Below, piece by piece: positions 27,875 through 37,360 of a stretch of 64,000 nt of DNA. The translations under genes were made by a program, and so were the position numbers. Origin of the DNA: an uncultured delta proteobacterium (lineage in GTDB: Bacteria > Desulfobacterota > Desulfobacteria > Desulfobacterales > JAHEIW01). The notes below the pieces were generated by a model. That model did no database searches, was not told the DNA's origin, and saw only the letters and a list, made by a program, of their open reading frames with translations. Location of the stretch: NCBI GenBank assembly GCA_963706575.1, contig CAVPNL010000003.1, positions 416,001 to 480,000 on the forward strand. The letters run 5' to 3'. Positions within the stretch are counted from its first letter, which is position 1; the number at the start of each line of letters is the position of its first letter.

Positions 27875-28711
27875 TTAGCCGGATTTGGCCACTGCTTCTG
27901 CAACGCTGACAAAGGCCTTGGTGACCACTGAAGCGGTATGGGCCTCCTGATAGCAGGCACCTGAATCTCCGCAGGCAACGACCTTGGGATCAAAGGGTAT
28001 GCTGCCCAGAAAGCGGATGCCGGCTTCCCTGGCGGTTCTTTCACCGCCACCGGATCCAAAGAGGTCGATCATTTCCCCACAATGGGGGCAGCTCAAACCA
28101 CTCATATTTTCAATAAGCCCGAAAATCTCCATTTTTACCGTCTTGCAGAAGTTTATGGACTTGCGCACATCGGCCAATGCCACCTCCTGGGGCGTTGTCA
28201 CAATGACAGCCTTTGCGTCAGCGATAATTTGAGCCACCGTCAGCGGTTCATCGCCGGTACCCGGCGGACTGTCAATCACCAAAAAATCCAACTCACCCCA
28301 GTCAACGTCACCGATAAATTGCCGGATCGCGGCATATTTCAGAGGACCCCGCCAGATGATGGCATCGTCTTTGCCGGGGGTAAACGACTCAATTGAAATG
28401 GCGCTAAGATTCTGCGAATATTTCATCGGGTTGAGTTTGTTATTCGAATTAAGCTCCGGCATGCCCTCCAGGCCCAGCATGCGCGGGACATCCGGGCCAT
28501 GTAAATCAACATCCATAATACCGACTTTGTGCCCGGAATTGGCAAGGGCAATCGCCAGATTTACAGAGATGCTCGTTTTGCCGACACCGCCTTTGCCGCT
28601 CATAACGATAATTTTGTTTTTTATTTTGTCCAACACGTTTTTGACTGCCGCTTCTTTTTCAGCCTCCGCCTTTTGCGGATCCGGCGGCAAATTATTTTGA
28701 ATTTGAACCAT
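27875..28711 (-). CDS. Mrp/ApbC/NBP35 Fe-S carrier ATPase
   Basis: SGKGGVGKT, DVDLHGP, IWRGP, DSPPGTGDE and ENMS...CPHC motifs. Confidence 0.93.
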   Translation of the reverse strand: MVQIQNNLPPDPQKAEAEKEAAVKNVLDKIKNKIIVMSGKGGVGKTSISVNLAIALANSGHKVGIMDVDLHGPDVPRMLGLEGMPELNSNNKLNPMKYSQNLSAISIESFTPGKDDAIIWRGPLKYAAIRQFIGDVDWGELDFLVIDSPPGTGDEPLTVAQIIADAKAVIVTTPQEVALADVRKSINFCKTVKMEIFGLIENMSGLSCPHCGEMIDLFGSGGGERTAREAGIRFLGSIPFDPKVVACGDSGACYQEAHTASVVTKAFVSVAEAVAKSG

Positions 28712-28808
28712 TTTTGCTTTTCCCCTTATATGTTAGCGCATCCAAAGCCGCAGAGCCTGCAAATAAAATTTAGGATCGGCTTTGGTGTGTTGCGAGATTT
28801 TCAGATCA

Positions 28809-29228
28809 TCAACTCTCTTGCAATATGCGATGTAGATTATTTTGCTCACATTTCGGGCATCGTCGAGGCTTTCCGGTCCCTTTTTCCTCCTGCCAGGCGT
28901 GGTTGCAGCTTTTACATTTAAACATCCGGGCCTGGTTAACGATGCGATAATTGCCGCCTTCGACATTAATCGCTTTGCCATTGATCAGGGCATCGGCAAC
29001 TGTCTTTCTGCCTTTCTGGATGATCCTTCCGAAGGTGGCCCGTGAGACCCCCATGCAACGCCCGGCTTCTTCGTGAGACATGCCGAGCAGGTCGGAAAGC
29101 CGAATGGCCTCACGCTCGTCAACGGTTAAACGCACCTCTTCGAGTTGCATCATGGGAATACCGCGCGGTTTAAAATAACTGATTGCGGGATTAAAGGCGA
29201 CCCGCCGATCTTTCTGCGGCCGTACCAT
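28809..29228 (-). CDS. DUF134 HTH DNA-binding protein with C-terminal Zn ribbon
   Basis: MVRPQK.R.V, FKPRG, EAIRL.D, MGVSRATF, IN VEGG-like motif, CxxC...CPxC. Confidence 0.85.
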   Translation of the reverse strand: MVRPQKDRRVAFNPAISYFKPRGIPMMQLEEVRLTVDEREAIRLSDLLGMSHEEAGRCMGVSRATFGRIIQKGRKTVADALINGKAINVEGGNYRIVNQARMFKCKSCNHAWQEEKGTGKPRRCPKCEQNNLHRILQES

Positions 29229-29242
29229 GTGATCACGCTCCT

Positions 29243-29262
29243 TTATGAGAATATACTCAAAA
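29243..29262. promoter_or_regulatory. Imperfect 20-bp palindrome abutting the DUF134 gene RBS (candidate operator)
   Basis: TTATGAGAATATACTCAAAA, 8 of 10 pairs symmetric. Confidence 0.5.
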
Positions 29263-29292
29263 GAAGGAAACTAAGCGCTTCCTTCGGCTTTG

Positions 29293-29697
29293 TCAAGTTT
29301 TACTGTTAATCAGGGTTATTTGATCATTTAAGGTCCAAAAATCGTAGATCACACCAATTCCCAAAATCCCGCCGGTCAGCAGGTATAAAATCCCGGTGAT
29401 CCATTTGCCCAGATACATGCGGTGGATCCCGAACAGACCCAAAAAGGTCAGCAATATCCAGGCAATGTTATAATCTATTCTGCCGGATGTGAATCTCAAG
29501 TCGGCCTTGCGATCCATCGAAGGGATTAAAAATAGATCGATGATCCAGCCGATGAAGAACAGCCCCAGAGTAAAAAAATAAACGGTTCCCAGTACCGGAT
29601 AGCCATAATAAAACCGATGCGATCCCGTAAAACCGAATATCCACAAGATATAACCGATCGTTTTGCTGTGTGTGTCATGCGCTTCTTTCAAAATCAT
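29293..29697 (-). CDS. TM2/NINE domain membrane protein (two repeats)
   Basis: FGFTGSHRFYYG and FLGLFGIHRMYLG. Confidence 0.88.
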   Translation of the reverse strand: MILKEAHDTHSKTIGYILWIFGFTGSHRFYYGYPVLGTVYFFTLGLFFIGWIIDLFLIPSMDRKADLRFTSGRIDYNIAWILLTFLGLFGIHRMYLGKWITGILYLLTGGILGIGVIYDFWTLNDQITLINSKT

Positions 29698-29797
29698 CCT
29701 CCTTTCCTCCACCGTAAGCTTTAATTCACCGTTGCACCCAGATCTGCCCCCCTTGAGTCCGGAAGATCTTACAGCGGCATCTTGGCGTGAGGTCCTT

Positions 29798-30184
29798 TTA
29801 TTTTGAATCCGTACCCATCACCCTCGATTTTCTCACTAAAATCACATACCCGTAAATCCCGATGTTGATCCCCACAACAATCGCCCCTAATATTATCTGA
29901 ACGCCCCGCGTCAACCCGGCTGGATAAAGCAGCCACAACAGATATTGCCCGATAAAGTCTCCGGCATAACCTGCTCCGCCTCCCCTGACACGCAGCCAGT
30001 TCTCCAGCGGCGTCAAGGGGCAAATCTTTCCTGAAAATTCAACACCAGCGGCCCAGAGGGCAGCCGGCCAATGCAGCCATATCATTTTACGCCAACGAAT
30101 AACCAGCAGCGCTCCCAGCAATGCAAACAGCACGAACATAAAATGAACTAAAACCACCAGATCGGCAAGTAAATTATAGGCCAT
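29798..30184 (-). CDS. DUF2784 family membrane protein
   Basis: ADLVVLVH, WLH.P, CPLTPLENWLR and FI..Y...LLYP motifs. Confidence 0.85.
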   Translation of the reverse strand: MAYNLLADLVVLVHFMFVLFALLGALLVIRWRKMIWLHWPAALWAAGVEFSGKICPLTPLENWLRVRGGGAGYAGDFIGQYLLWLLYPAGLTRGVQIILGAIVVGINIGIYGYVILVRKSRVMGTDSK

Positions 30185-30242
30185 ATGGATTAATTAAAAA
30201 ACGATGAATTCTGAAATTAAAAACCGAGATAACACAATTTAA

Positions 30243-30278
30243 AATTCCTGAATCCCCAAATTCCTTAATTCCTCAATT
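30243..30278. repeat. Octamer tandem array (AATTCCTN)
   Basis: aattcctg-aatcccca-aattcctt-aattcctc-aatt. Confidence 0.7.
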
Positions 30279-30283
30279 ATGAT

Positions 30284-31171
30284 TTATTCAGTTTTGGCCA
30301 GTCTCAATCGCACAAAGAGCCAGGGGGCGCCCAGTGCACCCCATAGGCCCACGCAAGCATATCGAACAACCCGAAACAGGGATACCGGCTCCAGTCCGGA
30401 AAAGGCGAATCTGAGCCCCAGCCAGATAACCAAAAGAACGATCAGGCCCACGATAAAACGCATGGCCCGTTTCAAAAAGCTTCCATCTGAACAAAATCGG
30501 ATCCAGCGGCGCTCCAGGGCGATTCCCGGTAAAAACCCCAATAAGGCGCCGCAGGCGCTCAAGGCGTAACGTGACCCCTGGGGACTGATCCAAAACAGCA
30601 GGATCGGCAAAATGACTGCCGCTGCGGTTTGCCAGATAACGCCTTTTGCAACCAGCCAGGCCTCCACCTTTAGAGCAAACCGAAGATAAAGGGTCAGCAA
30701 TAGGCCACCCAAAAAATAGCCGCCGAACAAATCTGTCGGAAAATGAACCCCCAGATAAAGGCGGGATATGGGGATGGCGATCATCAAAAAGCCGGCAATG
30801 ATCCACAATTTCCCGCTTCTAATCTGAGATGCCAGATACCCCCACACCACCACCGTGGCCTGGGTATGACCACTGGGCAGCCCGCCGCCAGTGGCATGCA
30901 CCAGTTGCTGGACTCTGGAATCATATTGAAAGGGTCGCGGCTGACCTGCTACCACTTTAGAAATGGCGTTGACATATGCCGATATTAAAAAAAGAACCAG
31001 CAGCCGGGCCCCCATGCGGCGGTCTAGACACCAATAAATGAGCGGCATAACTAACAGGAAAAACTCAAGATTTCCCAAAAAGGTCACGCTTTTGAACGGC
31101 AGATCAAGGGTGGGACTAAATTGCTGAAACCATAGTACGATTTCTATCCCCCAATCTAAAAAGGGCTGCAC
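30284..31171 (-). CDS. PAP2-family membrane phosphatase
   Basis: K...QPRP, PSGH and SRLYLGVHFPTD motifs. Confidence 0.9.
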   Translation of the reverse strand: MQPFLDWGIEIVLWFQQFSPTLDLPFKSVTFLGNLEFFLLVMPLIYWCLDRRMGARLLVLFLISAYVNAISKVVAGQPRPFQYDSRVQQLVHATGGGLPSGHTQATVVVWGYLASQIRSGKLWIIAGFLMIAIPISRLYLGVHFPTDLFGGYFLGGLLLTLYLRFALKVEAWLVAKGVIWQTAAAVILPILLFWISPQGSRYALSACGALLGFLPGIALERRWIRFCSDGSFLKRAMRFIVGLIVLLVIWLGLRFAFSGLEPVSLFRVVRYACVGLWGALGAPWLFVRLRLAKTE

Positions 31172-31199
31172 CGATCCCCTCCGGTAGTAGCTATGATTC

Positions 31200-31249
31200 T
31201 GGAACCCGGTTTGTTTTGAACAAGAAATATTTTGTTGAGATGGGTTCTA
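31200..31249. mobile_element. 50-bp minimal MITE-like remnant
   Basis: Ends TGGAACCC...GGGTTCTA; minus strand reads TAGAACCCATCTCAACAAAAT, matching the 3791 TIR and supplying the protease stop codon. Confidence 0.55.
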
Positions 31250-31999
31250 ATTGTCGGCCGGCGGCTTCCAGCGAATCACCTGTTTTTCGAAATCGATATT
31301 ATACTGGAACCTTCTCAGAAAATTCATGCCCAGCAGCCCACTATAGTTCTCTTCCGACCCCTCATAGTTGATGATCCAAATAATGGCGTTGTTCATTTTT
31401 TTGGGCCCGACTTTTATGTAACTTACTTTTCCGACCTCGGTATAAATCTTCTGGCCACTGGCCATCTGGGACAACACTTTTTTGAGAGCAACGATATTGA
31501 GCTGATTGGCAATATCGCGGTAAACAACCGTCCCGGATGCGCCGGTATCCAGCAGCAAATTCACTGCTATTTCAATACCGTTGTTTCCGATGGTCACCGG
31601 CACAAAAACCCGATTGCCTTCGATGGTCACCGGGGTTTCGATGGGTTTCTGCCTGGCAAGTTCCTCCTGGCGTTTTCTTTCGGCTTCTTCTTGCTCAGCG
31701 GCCTGTTGCAGTTCCAGCTCAATCTGGCGCAGCTGTTCGGCTTCCAGCTCTTGCCGCTGTTGCTGCTCCTTTTGGACTCGCGATTTCTTTTGGTCAGCAG
31801 GCAAATGGTCATATTTTTCCTTGTACACATTTACCTGGTCCACGTATTCTGGAGGTATTTTGCTCAGGTCATCGACATAAAACGTTTGCCCATCTTTATC
31901 CACATACTTATAAAACTCGGCCAATGAATCCATTGGATAGATCCAGGCAAAAAAAACGGCAATCAGACAACCGCAAAAATGGCGTTTTTTAAGCAACAT
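31247..31999 (-). CDS. Exported retropepsin-like aspartic protease with N-terminal DUF4124-like domain
   Basis: Signal-like N-terminus, FYKYVDKDG, coiled coil, LLDTGAS and GLLGMNFL; start set at ATG 31999. Confidence 0.85.
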   Translation of the reverse strand: MLLKKRHFCGCLIAVFFAWIYPMDSLAEFYKYVDKDGQTFYVDDLSKIPPEYVDQVNVYKEKYDHLPADQKKSRVQKEQQQRQELEAEQLRQIELELQQAAEQEEAERKRQEELARQKPIETPVTIEGNRVFVPVTIGNNGIEIAVNLLLDTGASGTVVYRDIANQLNIVALKKVLSQMASGQKIYTEVGKVSYIKVGPKKMNNAIIWIINYEGSEENYSGLLGMNFLRRFQYNIDFEKQVIRWKPPADN

Positions 32000-33461
32000 G
32001 GCTCTTTTCAGCGTCCTTTTCCTGATACAGTGGGTCATTTGTGCTTGCGGGGTCTTGCCGCCAGTGGGCAATGGCGTTGGCATAATAAGACAAAACATCG
32101 ACTTCATCGGGAACGATCCTGTAAATTCCCTGCGACTCTTCAACCAGTCTTCTGAGCACCAACATATTTAAAGCGTTTAAAATAGATTCCACCCGCTTGT
32201 GGGGCAAAACATACACGTGGGCCCCATCTTCCTGGAGATCCGCAATAAGCCTGTTCACCTGCGTCTGCACTTCAGAAGCCCGCATCCCTTTTGGGCCGGA
32301 TGCGAGCATCACAGTCGCCACCAGGGAGACGGGCAGCGCCGGTACCACCTGTTTGATGGCATCCATGAGCCGACCCGCAAGGCTTTCAACTTCTAAAAAC
32401 CGGGCGCTACGCTCCAGCTTTGTGAAATCTAAGGTTTTATCCTCGCAATATTGACGCACGGAGACCGGATTCCCAAAATTAACGTAGGCGTAGCCGAATC
32501 GCTGCCAGCGGCTCAAAATTATTAGTATAAGGCTTTTCCAGATAAACCCGCAAGTGGTTTTGATGACAAACCACCTGCTGCGCTTTTCGGCGTCAGGATC
32601 CAATTCTCGCAAAAGGCTTCGATCTTCCAACGTTCTATCGTAATTAACCCCTACGGGGATAAAAACAATATCCCGATCCTTTAAGGGATCATAACTGCGC
32701 AGCATATAATCTAGAAAGCCGAGCTTGGGCGGCCGCATGCATCCGTCACGGCTTAAACCGCCTTCTAAAAATACGGCCTGGCAGACGCCTTCTTTGGTCG
32801 CCATATGGACATAACGCTCCAGCACGCGGCGATACAGCGGATCGCTGGAATTGCGCCGCACAAAAAAAGCGCCCATCGCTCGGATGAGGGTCTGCAGGGG
32901 CCAGATTTTAGCCCACTCCCCGACCGCATAGGACAGCGTTGTTCTTTCGGCCGCCAGAAAGGCCACCAGGACATAATCCATATTGCTGCGGTGATTCATC
33001 ACAAATATAACGGTGGATTCGGGATCAATAGATGAAAACTGTTCGTCACTGGCGATTCCAATGCGCACGCGGTAAAGCAGCCGCGCGATTTTTTTGGCTA
33101 TCCAGTATCCGATCCGAAAATATAGGTAGGCGTTGAATGACGGCACGATTTCCCGAGCATAAGACATGACCTTCCGTTGCACGATTTCCCGGGGGCACTC
33201 GCGTTCGCGCGCGGTTTCCTGGACAGCCTCTAAGACTTTGGGGTCGTAGACCAGGCGATCAATCAAAACCTGTCGTTTGGTCAACTGGAAGGGTTTGATC
33301 TGAATATCAAGTCGGGAGCTGATTTCATCGATTACGCGATTGATGCGCCGTCGAATAAACCAGCGTGAGCTGGGTATCAGCACCCGTTCCAGTAAGGCCC
33401 AGGCACATACGGCCAACAAAATAATAAAAAGCCAGACTGATATGGTAACTTGACTGCTCAA
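31989..33461 (-). CDS. Glycerol-3-phosphate/lysophospholipid acyltransferase (PlsB/PlsC-like)
   Basis: NHRSNMDY, GAFFVRR and FLEGGLSRDG motifs. Confidence 0.85.
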   Translation of the reverse strand: MSSQVTISVWLFIILLAVCAWALLERVLIPSSRWFIRRRINRVIDEISSRLDIQIKPFQLTKRQVLIDRLVYDPKVLEAVQETARERECPREIVQRKVMSYAREIVPSFNAYLYFRIGYWIAKKIARLLYRVRIGIASDEQFSSIDPESTVIFVMNHRSNMDYVLVAFLAAERTTLSYAVGEWAKIWPLQTLIRAMGAFFVRRNSSDPLYRRVLERYVHMATKEGVCQAVFLEGGLSRDGCMRPPKLGFLDYMLRSYDPLKDRDIVFIPVGVNYDRTLEDRSLLRELDPDAEKRSRWFVIKTTCGFIWKSLILIILSRWQRFGYAYVNFGNPVSVRQYCEDKTLDFTKLERSARFLEVESLAGRLMDAIKQVVPALPVSLVATVMLASGPKGMRASEVQTQVNRLIADLQEDGAHVYVLPHKRVESILNALNMLVLRRLVEESQGIYRIVPDEVDVLSYYANAIAHWRQDPASTNDPLYQEKDAEKSHVA

Positions 33462-33645
33462 GGAATTATCCTTTCTTTAAATGCAGTCGCATCTTGACGA
33501 ATCGACAACGGCGTGAAATAATTGAATATTAAAAAATAAACAGTGGTGATCGGCTCCGGTCTTTGCTGCCCGGGCATCTGGGCACGTAGCGATAGATCCC
33601 GGGGCTATTATAGGATACCGATCGGAGAATTTAAAGGGGTTTTTG

Positions 33646-34248
33646 ATGCAAAAAACAAACTCCGCGAAGAAGCGCTGGCTCTTGGTCATCACCGGCTTTA
33701 TCTTTATTATTCTGATGGGCCTGGTGATTCGCGCGAGTTATCATAATACAAAAAAATATTACCTGAAGTCCGCTGCCGGAGCCGTGGAAATCTGGCAGGG
33801 CACCTTCTCACCGGGGGGAAGAAAGCGGATCCTGATTATGCCCGGCGTGCAGATGCCGGCAGAAATAAAGGACGTCTACGCAAAGCAAGACGTTTATCCG
33901 CTGGCATTTAAATTCTATATCAGCAAAGCTGATGTGATAATGGAAGTTCCGGGCATGCCCGATTTTGTTGGCATCAAGTCCTATCTAAACAGAGCACTAT
34001 CCTTTGCCACAACCGAGGAACTTCATCAGACAGCGCACGCGCGAATCAATCAGATTGATCGCGTAATCCTGCTTTACAAGGCCGATGTGGCCGCCATCAA
34101 AGGCACCCGCAGCGGTCTTGAAACGGCCCTGGACTATCTGGAGCAAGCAGCCAGACTAAATCCAGATGAAATTGAAACCGAACTCATTCAAAAGAAAAAA
34201 GCATCGATTCGTGAATTGCTAGATATACATAAGGAAACGACCCAATAG
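33646..34248 (+). CDS. Membrane-anchored hypothetical protein with C-terminal TPR-like helices
   Basis: N-terminal TM helix; ends 4 nt before the peptide-binding gene. Confidence 0.7.
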   Translation: MQKTNSAKKRWLLVITGFIFIILMGLVIRASYHNTKKYYLKSAAGAVEIWQGTFSPGGRKRILIMPGVQMPAEIKDVYAKQDVYPLAFKFYISKADVIMEVPGMPDFVGIKSYLNRALSFATTEELHQTAHARINQIDRVILLYKADVAAIKGTRSGLETALDYLEQAARLNPDEIETELIQKKKASIRELLDIHKETTQ

Positions 34249-34252
34249 CAAA

Positions 34253-36382
34253 ATGACGACCAAACGCATTCTCATATTCGCACCCCTGCTGCTCACCCTG
34301 ATCCTGGTCCAATCGTATTTCTGGGTTCCCACTTACGAACAACAGGCAAAAGGCAATCCCGACCGTTTGAGCCAGTATATAAATGCATCGATTGGAGATG
34401 CCGCTATTCTCAATCCGATCTTATCGGCAGACAGCGCCAGCAGCGAGATTGAGGGAAAAGTTTTTGCGGGCCTCCTCGACCGGGATGAGGATCTGAATTT
34501 CAGGGGACGGCTGGCCAAAACCTGGAAAATTTATGAAGAAGCCTATTTTTATGTCAATGCAGCCGCCGACATACCCAGCCTTGGCCGTTTGAATCCGCAA
34601 GCGATTGTAGAACTGTTAGAAAATTCTAAACAAAAAGAAGATCTAGCATCTCCCGCGCTAAAGAAAACACTGGACAACATTAAATTAATTTCGTTGATTC
34701 CGGCGCACACTTACACGGTAACAAGACTAAATAAATCCTCATCTGATGCCAAAAAAACGAGCGCAATAAAAATCGATGTTTCGGCGCCTGCCAGAGTTAA
34801 GCTGGAATTGGATGAAGTCGACCAGGACCTTTTTGCCAATTTAAAACAATTGCTGGGGGATTCATATTTTTCGAGTTTTGACGGGCAGCAATTTTTGACG
34901 ACCCAAACCCCAATCGACGAAGAGCACCTGTCCTATTATGCCCGTGAATTATTGCCGCCAACTGCACACAATCCGGTTATCCTATTCAACCTGCGGGAAA
35001 ACGTTAAATTTCATGACGGCCATATATTTGACGCCCACGATGTCAAGTTCACCTATGAGGCCATTATGGACCCCAAAAATCTCTCGCCGCGCATTTCAGA
35101 CTATGAGCCGGTTAAAAAAGTTGAGGTGATCGATCCGCTTACTGTTCGCATTATTTACAAACGACTTTACTCACCGGCTATTGGAACCTGGGGCATGGGC
35201 ATCCTTCCCGAACACCTCCTCAACTCACAAGCACTTAAGAAAGAAGCGCTGGCCCTGGGCAAGGAGGTGCAGAATTTTTCAATGCGGCAAAGCGGGTTCA
35301 ATCGCCATCCCATCGGATGCGGGCCCTTTGTGTTCCGTGAGTGGAAATCGGACCAGTTTATTGTACTGGACCGTTTTGAAGACTACTGGGAAGGACCACC
35401 GAATTATAAAAAATACATTTTCAGGGTTATCCCGGATCTGCTGACCCAGGAAATGGAGTTTTATGCCGGAACAATAGACAGCTACGGCGTTCAGCCTCAC
35501 CAGGTCAAACGCTTGAAAGCAGACCCCAGATTTCAGGGTTTTTCCGGTACGTCATTCGGCTACACCTATATCGGGTACAACATGCGCCGCAAGCCCTTTG
35601 ATGATCGACGGGTCCGACAAGCCCTGAGCATGGCCATCGATGTAAACAAAATTATTGAATACGTCATTTATAACCAGGGAGAGCGCATTACCGGGCCATT
35701 CCCCAAGCAGACCGATTTTTATAACCCGAATATTTTACCTGTTCCATATGATCCTCAAGGGGCTTTAAAATTATTGGCAAAAGCCGGGTGGCAGCGCAAC
35801 GCCGAAGGCTGGCTTGAAAGAAATGGTCAACGGCTGCAATTCAAGCTCATTACCAACAACGGCAACGATATTCGCAAGGCGATTCTGGCCATTGCGCAGG
35901 ATTCATGGAAGCAAATCGGCATCGATGTTCGCACAGACCTCCTGGAGTGGTCCGTCTTTATTCAGGAACGCGTCAATAAACTGGACTTTGATGCCCTGGT
36001 GCTGGGCTGGTCCATGGGAATCGATCCCGATCTTTACCAGATCTGGCATTCCAGTCAGATCGGACCCCATCAGTTAAACTTTGTCGGTTTTAAAAGTAAA
36101 AAAGCCGATGATCTCATCATAAAAATAAGACAGGAATATAATCAAGAACAACAGGCCAGGTATTGCCATCGCTTGCATCAGATCATCGCCGACGAACAAC
36201 CTTATACGTTTCTGTACGTCGGCAAATGGACAGCGATTTTGGACAAGCGAATTGTGATACTCAACAGCGATGATCCGGCAAAAATCGCTTATGAAAAAAT
36301 CACACCGACAAAAACCGGTGACTATACCTTTCATTTCAACAAATGGATCAAACTCGCAGAAATGCCGGAGCTTAAGCCATAA
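34253..36382 (+). CDS. Peptide ABC transporter substrate-binding protein (family 5) with large insertion
   Basis: LNP, F.LRENVKFHDG, DVKFTY, PIGCGPF and RVRQALSMAID motifs. Confidence 0.9.
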   Translation: MTTKRILIFAPLLLTLILVQSYFWVPTYEQQAKGNPDRLSQYINASIGDAAILNPILSADSASSEIEGKVFAGLLDRDEDLNFRGRLAKTWKIYEEAYFYVNAAADIPSLGRLNPQAIVELLENSKQKEDLASPALKKTLDNIKLISLIPAHTYTVTRLNKSSSDAKKTSAIKIDVSAPARVKLELDEVDQDLFANLKQLLGDSYFSSFDGQQFLTTQTPIDEEHLSYYARELLPPTAHNPVILFNLRENVKFHDGHIFDAHDVKFTYEAIMDPKNLSPRISDYEPVKKVEVIDPLTVRIIYKRLYSPAIGTWGMGILPEHLLNSQALKKEALALGKEVQNFSMRQSGFNRHPIGCGPFVFREWKSDQFIVLDRFEDYWEGPPNYKKYIFRVIPDLLTQEMEFYAGTIDSYGVQPHQVKRLKADPRFQGFSGTSFGYTYIGYNMRRKPFDDRRVRQALSMAIDVNKIIEYVIYNQGERITGPFPKQTDFYNPNILPVPYDPQGALKLLAKAGWQRNAEGWLERNGQRLQFKLITNNGNDIRKAILAIAQDSWKQIGIDVRTDLLEWSVFIQERVNKLDFDALVLGWSMGIDPDLYQIWHSSQIGPHQLNFVGFKSKKADDLIIKIRQEYNQEQQARYCHRLHQIIADEQPYTFLYVGKWTAILDKRIVILNSDDPAKIAYEKITPTKTGDYTFHFNKWIKLAEMPELKP

Positions 36383-36400
36383 TAATTAAAGGAATTTGAG

Positions 36401-37360
36401 ATGTTGTCATTTATCGGGCGCAGCACGGTCCAGAAGATTATTACGCTATTCTTTGTTTCCATCGTTTCATTTTTAATCATTCACCTGGCGCCCGGTGAGC
36501 CCAGCCAGGTGGATCCCCTGAATCCCAAATTCACTCCCGAAATGGTTGAAAAATTTCGCCAAGCCTTTCATCTGGATGAACCGCTTTATAGACAGTATCT
36601 CTATTTTTACCGCGACCTGTTCAGCGGCAAAACGATTTCGTGGAAGGATAGTCAGCCGGTACTTAAAAAGATCTGGGAGCGTTTTTTAAACAGCCTGCCC
36701 CTGTTTATTGTTGGAACGATCCTTACCTGGACTATTTCTTTTCCGGTCGGAATCCGCTCGGCACTTTTCAGAGGCGGAATATATGACCGCAGCTCAACGT
36801 TTTTTGCTTATCTTTTAATCTCAATTCCGGGCTTCTTTTTTGCCTACATCCTGATTATTTTTGTTGTCACTCAATTTCAGGTGCCGGTTATCGGGATGGA
36901 GACATTTGGCATTGGCGACACCGCCTGGTCGAACAGGGCCATGGACAGGCTCTGGCATCTGCTGCTGCCTTCACTTCTGGGTGCCACCGGCGGCATTGCC
37001 GTGCTTTCACGCTATGTTCGCAGCCAGATGCTGGAGGTCGAAGGCCAGGATTATGTCCGCACTGCCAAAGCCAAGGGACTGACACCGGATCAGGTGCATT
37101 ATAAGCACGCCCTGCGCAACGCCCTGCTGCCGTTTGTGACCATGTTTGGACTGATTCTGCCCGGCCTGATCGGCGGATCCGTCATTATCGAATCAATATT
37201 CGCATGGCCGGGTATGGGCAGAATGGCCTATGAAGCCATCCTTGCCAGAGACTATCCGGTAATTCTAACCATTAACTTCGTTTCGGCGGTGCTGGTGCTT
37301 GTCGGCACTTTTATTTCGGACCTGCTTTACCTGATAGTTGATCCCAGGATACGATTGTAA
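36401..37360 (+). CDS. Peptide ABC transporter permease (OppB/DppB-like)
   Basis: HLAPG, DYVRTAKAKGL, HALRNA, FAWPGMG and RDYP motifs. Confidence 0.93.
   Translation: MLSFIGRSTVQKIITLFFVSIVSFLIIHLAPGEPSQVDPLNPKFTPEMVEKFRQAFHLDEPLYRQYLYFYRDLFSGKTISWKDSQPVLKKIWERFLNSLPLFIVGTILTWTISFPVGIRSALFRGGIYDRSSTFFAYLLISIPGFFFAYILIIFVVTQFQVPVIGMETFGIGDTAWSNRAMDRLWHLLLPSLLGATGGIAVLSRYVRSQMLEVEGQDYVRTAKAKGLTPDQVHYKHALRNALLPFVTMFGLILPGLIGGSVIIESIFAWPGMGRMAYEAILARDYPVILTINFVSAVLVLVGTFISDLLYLIVDPRIRL

Noticed and set aside
31232..31927. 231-aa plus-strand ORF (likewise 45254-45904, 51669-52274, 52930-53418, 62141-62665)
   Set aside because: Shadow or alternate-frame ORFs overlapping well-supported genes
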